Source: an uncultured Bacteroides sp. (GTDB lineage: Bacteria; Bacillota; Clostridia; Christensenellales; CAG-917). From it: a stretch of DNA of 57,607 nt. The notes under the pieces were generated by a model. The model was not told the origin of the DNA. It was given only the letters and a program-made list of their open reading frames with translations, and did not search any database. Position 1 is the first letter of the stretch. Each line of letters starts with the position of its first letter. Below, piece by piece: positions 51,823-57,607 of the stretch. The stretch is from NCBI GenBank assembly GCA_964624745.1, contig CAZUZK010000003.1:1-57607 (forward strand), written 5' to 3'. The position numbers and the translations under genes are program-made.

Positions 51823-53358
51823 TTATTCCCGCTCTCCGTCGATAGGCGTAGCGGCAATATCGGTGACATTTTGCTCGCCGTTCGATTCCTCGCCTGCGGA
51901 AGCTTCGGTCGGCTCGTCGCCTTCTGATACGTCGGCGGATTCGGCGTTGTCAGAGCTTTCATTTTCCGCGCCGTCTGCGCCCTCGTTTTCACCGTCTGCC
52001 GAGCGCGCCTCTTTCCTTTCGGCTCTACGCTCTTTTCTTTCCTCGCGAGCCTTCTTGTCAAGCTCTTTAATCTTGGCTCTGCGCTCCTTATCTCTTTGAA
52101 GCGCCTGTGCGAGCTTGGGAAGCTTGCCCTTCTTCAAGAGTATCGCAAGCACCACGACGACGATTATTATCGCTCCGACGACAACGCCTATAAGCACGCC
52201 CGTCAACGTGAACCAGTCGAAAACGAACACCGATTCGGGTTGGCTGTAATAGGATATGCACTTATCGATAAGCTCCGTCGTGCTGTCAAAGCGATTCGCA
52301 TTTAAGACAGGCGCGAGGTTCTCGTCCTGCGAGATGACGGAAAGGATTTGTTCCTCGTCCCACAAATATTCAAACTCGTTGGACGGCGTGGACGCAACGT
52401 CGAAGGACAGCACGACCATGGACCAATCCTCATAGGAGCGGAACGCCTTTGCATAGCCGTTATCCCATATTTCAAGCTCGGCGCGCCAGCCCTTAATAGT
52501 GTTGTTTATAGTCAGCGAGCCGGTGTCGAGATCGCGCTTCGACATCTTTTGAAATTCCTCAAAAAGCTCGGTATATTCGGTTTCGCAATCTATTTCAAAT
52601 TTAACGGTATAAAAGCCCTTTTCGTCGTCATGCTCTATTGTCGCGCCGTCCTTTATCAGCTCCTTGAAAATCGCCATATTGTTCAATTCAAGCTGGCTCA
52701 AGCGGCAGTTTCTGTCTGTCTGATACGCCTCGAAGCCGTCGTACACCTTAGGCTCGTCGCCCTCGGGAATGATGAACGTCGCATACGGAAACGTCTGCTT
52801 GGAGCAATCCAGTTGAGTTTCCGTACCCATGATGTAGGCATAATGATATTTGTCGTCGCCGTTGGTATACGCAACCTGCAAATTTCCCGCAATCGGGCTT
52901 AAAATCTTTGCGATAAGCTCCAAGCCGCTCACGTCGCCTTTAGCCGCCTGCGATGCAAGCTGATAATACCACTTGTCGCCGTGCTGAAGAGTGAAGCCGT
53001 GCATATACACTCTGCCCATCTCGTTGCCGCCCAAGGATTTTTGCACCATGAGAGAAAGCTCGGCGTTTATTCTGCTTTGGTTTGCGGTGTCGTAAAGCAG
53101 CATAACGGCGTCCTTAACCTTCGCCTGCGTATCGGCGTCGTCTGGTGCGTTTTGCAAGCCGTCGAGTGCCGCGTTGACAAGCTCGACGTCGCTTTTCGAC
53201 AAAAGCGATTCGTAATCGGGACAAGTGCTGATGCTTGCCACGTCCTTAAGAAAATCGCCGCTTACGGGCGTCTGCGGCGTGCCGTTACACGCAACCAAGC
53301 CCAGAGAGCATACGGCGACAAGCAAAACGACGATACAAATCAAGCCAATCCTTCTCAT
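51823..53358 (-). CDS. Lipoprotein with an additional C-terminal TM helix and a charged cytoplasmic tail (paralog 2, 511 aa); unknown family
   Basis: MRRIGLICIVVLLVAVCSLGLVAC-NG provides the lipobox. The ectodomain shares the blocks TANQSR, GDKWYYQLA, FPYA(S/T)F, YTVKF, WDNGYAK and Y(I/L)WDE with paralog 1. It has a TM helix (LTGVLIGVVVGAIIIVVVVLAILL), then KKGKLPKL, a K/R/E-rich stretch and an acidic tail. Confidence 0.8.
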   Translation of the reverse strand: MRRIGLICIVVLLVAVCSLGLVACNGTPQTPVSGDFLKDVASISTCPDYESLLSKSDVELVNAALDGLQNAPDDADTQAKVKDAVMLLYDTANQSRINAELSLMVQKSLGGNEMGRVYMHGFTLQHGDKWYYQLASQAAKGDVSGLELIAKILSPIAGNLQVAYTNGDDKYHYAYIMGTETQLDCSKQTFPYATFIIPEGDEPKVYDGFEAYQTDRNCRLSQLELNNMAIFKELIKDGATIEHDDEKGFYTVKFEIDCETEYTELFEEFQKMSKRDLDTGSLTINNTIKGWRAELEIWDNGYAKAFRSYEDWSMVVLSFDVASTPSNEFEYLWDEEQILSVISQDENLAPVLNANRFDSTTELIDKCISYYSQPESVFVFDWFTLTGVLIGVVVGAIIIVVVVLAILLKKGKLPKLAQALQRDKERRAKIKELDKKAREERKERRAERKEARSADGENEGADGAENESSDNAESADVSEGDEPTEASAGEESNGEQNVTDIAATPIDGERE

Positions 53359-53507
53359 AATTCTTCCCTTTTAGATTTTTCGTTTGAATCCGGCGCAAGC
53401 CTACGCCTCGATTCTACGGTACGCGCGATGCGCGTTGATGTCTATATAACTTTATAAATGCGTAAATATACTAATATTTTATGAACAGAATGTCAACCTT
53501 CGCGACG

Positions 53508-54005
53508 TCAATGTGCAAAATCCGACAAAAGAGTCTTCAATTTTTCATAATACGCCGACACGTATTCCTTGAGCTTCGCCATCGTTTTGTCGTATTGCGC
53601 CTGTGTCGGAGCGAGAAACGGGTCGGGAACCGAACGATATTTTCCGCACGCGGCTTCGGATAGCGTAACGTATTTCTTGCGATATTTTTTCGGCGTAAGC
53701 AAGCCGTGCGTTTTGGACATACCGATTATTATATCCGCGTTTTCAAACAAGCTCTTATCCGTCTTAAACGAGGGTTTGTGCGCATATATTTCCTCTTCGG
53801 AAAATCCTTCTCTTTTGAGAATAACGGCGGCTTTGGGGAATATTTTTTTACTCTTATTCAACACTGCGGACGACGCAACGCTCACGCGCCCCTTCAGCTC
53901 GTCGTCGTTTTCGGCGAAACGGCGAAGCAAAAACTCGCAATACGGGCTTCTGCAAACGTTTGAAGAGCAGACAAACAACACGTTATATTTTTTCGATTCA
54001 CTCAT
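53508..54005 (-). CDS. Low-molecular-weight protein (Tyr/Arg) phosphatase family protein
   Basis: An ATG at 54005 is preceded by GAGGAA. It has VLFVCSSNVCRSPYCEF (the CX5R(S) P-loop) and ..VPDPF.. (the general acid Asp). Confidence 0.8.
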   Translation of the reverse strand: MSESKKYNVLFVCSSNVCRSPYCEFLLRRFAENDDELKGRVSVASSAVLNKSKKIFPKAAVILKREGFSEEEIYAHKPSFKTDKSLFENADIIIGMSKTHGLLTPKKYRKKYVTLSEAACGKYRSVPDPFLAPTQAQYDKTMAKLKEYVSAYYEKLKTLLSDFAH

Positions 54006-54040
54006 GGTTATTCCTCTTTTAGGCATTCTAACGCTATTTA

Positions 54041-54589
54041 TCAAATCTTTATAATAAAAATCGGAATGGGCGGATCTTTTTTCCAATTATAAAAAAACGT
54101 CGCCAGCACCTGATATTTTTCGTCGTCCAAATTTTTAAGCCACGGAAGCAACGCGTCCTTTTCCTCGTAGCCGCTATCACCGCCGTAGTAGACGGACACA
54201 CACATCAAGCCTCCCTTTTTCAAAAGCCTCAAGCCGCCCTCGATAGCCTCTTTGGTAGATTCAAAGTGCGTGTAAATTCCGTGATTTCCGCGCGGTAAAT
54301 ATCCGAGATTAAACACGATACAGTCTACACTGTTCTCGTCAAAATACTTCGGCATATTTGCGTGCGAATCCAAAATCACGTTTGCGTTAAGCCCCTTTTG
54401 TTCAAGCAAAGCTCTTGTGCTTTCGACAGCTTCGCTTTGAATATCGAAAGCGGTCACGCTTCCCGTCTCTCCGACAAGCTCGCACAAAAACGCGGTGTCG
54501 TACCCTCTGCCGGCGGTTGCGTCTATACACACGCCGCCAAGACCTATATGTCGTTTTATGGTGTCATGCACCAATGTCAATGCGTTCAT
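54041..54589 (-). CDS. mnmM: YtqB/MnmM-type SAM-dependent tRNA (mnm5s2U34) methyltransferase
   Basis: ..CIDATAGRGYDTAFLCELVGETGSVTAFDIQSEAV.., ..VFNLGYLP.. and ..KKDPPIPIFIIK are collinear with B. subtilis YtqB (..[49 protein letters not shown]). Confidence 0.8.
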   Translation of the reverse strand: MNALTLVHDTIKRHIGLGGVCIDATAGRGYDTAFLCELVGETGSVTAFDIQSEAVESTRALLEQKGLNANVILDSHANMPKYFDENSVDCIVFNLGYLPRGNHGIYTHFESTKEAIEGGLRLLKKGGLMCVSVYYGGDSGYEEKDALLPWLKNLDDEKYQVLATFFYNWKKDPPIPIFIIKI

Positions 54590-54629
54590 ATACTAATATT
54601 ATCACAAATATAAGCATATTGCAAACGCA

Positions 54630-57458
54630 TTATAATTGCAAAATCGCCACCTCCGAAAGCTCGTAGGAGTCAAGATAAACGCGCATATATTCGCGCATCT
54701 GCTCGCACACCGAAACGCCGACAAGCGAAGTGCACCCGGCAAGACATGAACTACCCATGACAAATTCGCCGCTTATAGCAATGCTTTTTAGATTTCCACA
54801 GCCGTAGAATGCCAGATTTCCGACAATTTCAACCTGCGAGCCCAACGTCACGCGCTCAAGGCTCGTCACCTGGGAAAACGCTCTATCTATCAAATCTCCG
54901 CCCAAAACGACAAGTTCGTTTAACGACGAGGGCAAATATGCCGTTCTTCCCGATTTTGCAACCGATTTCGAGCCGTCCGACTTAAGGCTGGCGACGTATT
55001 CGACAACCTCGTAGCAGCCGGATTTTTCCGACTCCTCGGAGAACAGCCAGCTCAAGCCGTATACGTAATTCGACGACGAATCGGCGGCGTACCTACTTGC
55101 ACTTTCATCGTCCCTTGACGTGCAAACAAAGGAACAGAATGGCAACGTCAGTTTTTCAAGCCTTTCGCAATCGGCAAGCATACCTTTGTACATTTCCGTC
55201 AGGGTTGACGGCAAGGACAACGTTTTCAAGACCTTTGCACCGCTAAAAGCGTTCTCGCCTATCTTCTCTATCCCATCTTCAAAAATTAAACTTGTTAGAA
55301 CATCGATTTTATCTGCAAACGCGCCCGATTCCACCTCTTTTATCTCGACGTCGCCTATCCTTGACGGCACGGTAACCTCGCTTGCGTTGCCAGTATATGT
55401 CGTGATTTTGTTCCCGACGACGGTAAACGGAATGATTTTCGTCCAAACGGCGACAAGCTCTATATCTCCATGCGAGCCTTTCGGAATAACCGTAACGTAT
55501 TCCTCTCCGCCCGAAACGCGCCAGCCGTCGAAGGTATAATCGTCCCTTATCGGTGCGACAAGCACTATGTTCTCGCTTTCGATTGTATAGAATGTCGGAT
55601 TTTGCGTATTTTCTCCGTCGCAAATATAGGTTATGTTATACCTTTTTGCGCTCCACTTAGCATACAAAACAACGCTGTGCGTGGTTCCTTTTTCGATGTA
55701 TTCCACTCTATTCTCAACGCACGCCGCATCTGCATACCAGCCGCAAAATTCATAATGCGGCTTAACCGCCTCGCTCAAATAAATTCTGTCGTTTTCAACG
55801 TTGAACGTCGCAGGGCAATCGGTAGTCGCGCCGTCAACGTTGCGCAAAATCAACGAGTATTCAATCGGCTTCCATTTCGCGTTCAACGACAAATTGCCCG
55901 TCATTCCTGCTTCTACGGACGAATATTTACAATCCTCGTTATCGAACCAGCCCAAGAACTCATAATTAGTTTTTCGCGCGTCTATCAGCTCAAATTCGCT
56001 TTCTATATTATATTTATCGTGATTCCCGTCGCAGACTCCGCCGTTAAGATTATAGACAATATCAAACTCTTGCGGAATCCATTTCGCATAAGCCGTTATA
56101 TTCCCGAAACTTCCCTTGTCTATGCGGTTTATCGCCGAGCCGTCAAGCCTATCGTTCAAATACCAGCCTGCAAAAACATAATAAGCTCTCGTCGGGGCAA
56201 ACAGCTCGAACTCATCTTCAACGGTATACTTGCGCAAGTTTCCTCCCGACGCATTCTGCGCGTTGTTCGTTCCGCCGTTAAGCTCGAAGCGCAAAGCATA
56301 TTCGACGGGAGTCCACGTCGCATATACCGTGACGTCGCCGACGCTACCCTTTTCTATTTTGTCAACTCTATTCCCATTTGCAACGACGGCATTGTCGTAC
56401 CAGCCCGTAAAAACATAGTGCTCCTTCGCACAAGCCTCAAGCACTACCGCCGTTTCAAGCGTATAGATACCCGATTTCACGCATTCGTCGCCGTCCATAT
56501 ATTTTATTGTATATTGTTCTAACGAATACGCCGCGCGCACCGTCAAATCGCTTGTAACGCAACTAAAATCTTCAATATCCCACGTCCCGACGTAGCCGTC
56601 TCGCGCTCTCGGAGTCGGGATATTATCTATTGCCTTTCCGTGTCCCACGACAACCGCTCTTTCCCCTTGCTCGTCGCAAAACGTAACGGTATGCGTTTTC
56701 TCGCTTATCGTAAGCTTTGCCGTCATATCCGCAATCGCATTATAGTTTTTTCCGCAATCGAAGCTTGCGGTGACGCAGTATTCGCCTGCAAGAATTTTGC
56801 CGTTTCCCTCGTACGTTACGGTTATTCCGCTCGGAACGCCCTCCGCATACAAATAGTGTGCCGCGCCGTCCTCCTCAAAAGTACCGTCTTCAAATTTTAT
56901 TTCGGAAGCGGTAGCTTTTTGAATGGTTAACACGGCGTTCAGCTCAAGCGTTTTATAGCCTTCCATGCTCACCGTCGCGCTCACGGAATATTCTCCGCAA
57001 TCCACGAATTCGTACGGCTCGACGTACGCCACGTTTGCCCCGCTCGGCACACCGTTAACGGCGATAGAATGCTTGTTTCCGTCATATATTACACTGCTAT
57101 TTTCAAAGCTTATTCCCTCAAATATTTTAAGTTCCGCCCATTTTGCATAAAGCGTCAAATTATCCTTCAGCTCAATAGAATTAAGGTCGCGCACAACCTC
57201 ACCCTCGAGCTTTTCGTCATAGCACCACCCGACAAGCACATAGCCGTCCTTTTCTATTTCGGGCATATCGTCGCCCTTTTTCCAAACTATATTACTTTCA
57301 CCGTTATTAAGCATCAAAATTATTGAAAACTCTTCCGGAACAAACAGCTTATCCGCATTATCGCACGCCGTTAAAAACACAAAATTGACACATAAAACCA
57401 AAAACAGCAATAAAAATAGCCGTCCAAAGACGGCAAACTTCACATTTGATTTCTCCAT
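54630..57458 (-). CDS. Large surface lipoprotein (942 aa): InlB-B (Listeria-Bacteroides) repeats, an MBG-like domain and C-terminal BspA-type LRRs
   Basis: An ATG at 57458 is preceded by AGGAG, with a lipobox at ..LVLCVNFVFLTAC-DN. At least six ..Y.F.GW(Y/F).. repeats are present (YVLVGWCYDE, YVFTGWYDNA, YVFAGWYLND, YEFLGWFDNE, YEFCGWYADA, YTFDGWRVSG). An MBG-like unit (VIYDGNKHSIAV..) follows. The C-terminal LRR_5 repeats include IGDVEIKEVESGAFAD..IEKIGENAFSGAKVLKTLSLP.. and IVGNLAFYGCGNLKSIAI. Confidence 0.8.
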   Translation of the reverse strand: MEKSNVKFAVFGRLFLLLFLVLCVNFVFLTACDNADKLFVPEEFSIILMLNNGESNIVWKKGDDMPEIEKDGYVLVGWCYDEKLEGEVVRDLNSIELKDNLTLYAKWAELKIFEGISFENSSVIYDGNKHSIAVNGVPSGANVAYVEPYEFVDCGEYSVSATVSMEGYKTLELNAVLTIQKATASEIKFEDGTFEEDGAAHYLYAEGVPSGITVTYEGNGKILAGEYCVTASFDCGKNYNAIADMTAKLTISEKTHTVTFCDEQGERAVVVGHGKAIDNIPTPRARDGYVGTWDIEDFSCVTSDLTVRAAYSLEQYTIKYMDGDECVKSGIYTLETAVVLEACAKEHYVFTGWYDNAVVANGNRVDKIEKGSVGDVTVYATWTPVEYALRFELNGGTNNAQNASGGNLRKYTVEDEFELFAPTRAYYVFAGWYLNDRLDGSAINRIDKGSFGNITAYAKWIPQEFDIVYNLNGGVCDGNHDKYNIESEFELIDARKTNYEFLGWFDNEDCKYSSVEAGMTGNLSLNAKWKPIEYSLILRNVDGATTDCPATFNVENDRIYLSEAVKPHYEFCGWYADAACVENRVEYIEKGTTHSVVLYAKWSAKRYNITYICDGENTQNPTFYTIESENIVLVAPIRDDYTFDGWRVSGGEEYVTVIPKGSHGDIELVAVWTKIIPFTVVGNKITTYTGNASEVTVPSRIGDVEIKEVESGAFADKIDVLTSLIFEDGIEKIGENAFSGAKVLKTLSLPSTLTEMYKGMLADCERLEKLTLPFCSFVCTSRDDESASRYAADSSSNYVYGLSWLFSEESEKSGCYEVVEYVASLKSDGSKSVAKSGRTAYLPSSLNELVVLGGDLIDRAFSQVTSLERVTLGSQVEIVGNLAFYGCGNLKSIAISGEFVMGSSCLAGCTSLVGVSVCEQMREYMRVYLDSYELSEVAILQL

Positions 57459-57607
57459 AATACTCCTGCCCGATGTATATGTCGATGCGAAATATGCCCA
57501 ATCGTATCCCAAAGTCTGCATTAGACGCGACCGCCGTATTTCGCCCTATTTATCACACATTTTCCGACCACTGTCAACCCTTTTCGCACATTTTGTCGAA
57601 ATTTGTC

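Noticed and set aside
24102-57607. A search for mobile elements, prophage remnants, toxin-antitoxin pairs, restriction-modification or other defence modules in the right two-thirds of the window.
   Set aside because: No transposase, integrase, recombinase, phage structural, methyltransferase/endonuclease pair or small bicistronic TA-like ORFs were found. rmuC and the PHP gene sit in a housekeeping tilS-hpt-cca operon rather than a defence context.

Overview
This 57.6-kb window looks like chromosome from a spore-forming Firmicute, probably class Clostridia. The evidence is spoIIE, the tilS-hpt pair, SD-dependent starts and about 50% GC. No transposase, integrase, CRISPR array or recognisable defence gene is visible.

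About one third of the window (169-20966, minus strand) is a single surface-protein operon. It is headed by a 6,058-aa GLUG-motif / MBG-repeat protein and followed by three tightly coupled smaller genes. All four products carry a TasA/CalY-like (SipW-cognate style) N-terminus, and no signal peptidase gene lies nearby. This is my best candidate for an undescribed system: a TasA-like fibre carrying a giant adhesin. The operon sits between a truncated tRNA-Ser(UGA) at the left edge and a divergent csoR-copA copper module. That module has a textbook promoter and operator, and CopA carries a CopZ-like domain fused to its C-terminus behind an internal in-frame RBS.

The rest of the window is mostly housekeeping:
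- The tilS-hpt-cca-rmuC-PHP operon.
- A lipoprotein lipase, birA, a ZIP metal importer with a perfect 19-bp palindrome over its promoter, vanW, a phosphosugar mutase and spoIIE.
- An orphan ECF S-component-like gene and an FGGY kinase.
- An eight-gene nucleoside salvage/catabolism cluster (pdp-tdk-udk-psuG-deoC-deoD-deoB-cdd). A thrice-repeated 13-nt hairpin motif lies in front of psuG.

The right end carries two tandem paralogous lipoproteins, each with an additional C-terminal TM helix and a charged tail (family unknown). It also carries an LMW phosphatase, mnmM/ytqB, and a second mosaic surface protein built from InlB-B repeats, an MBG-like domain and BspA-type LRRs.

All calls come from reading the supplied translations and the DNA. 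No database search was run.
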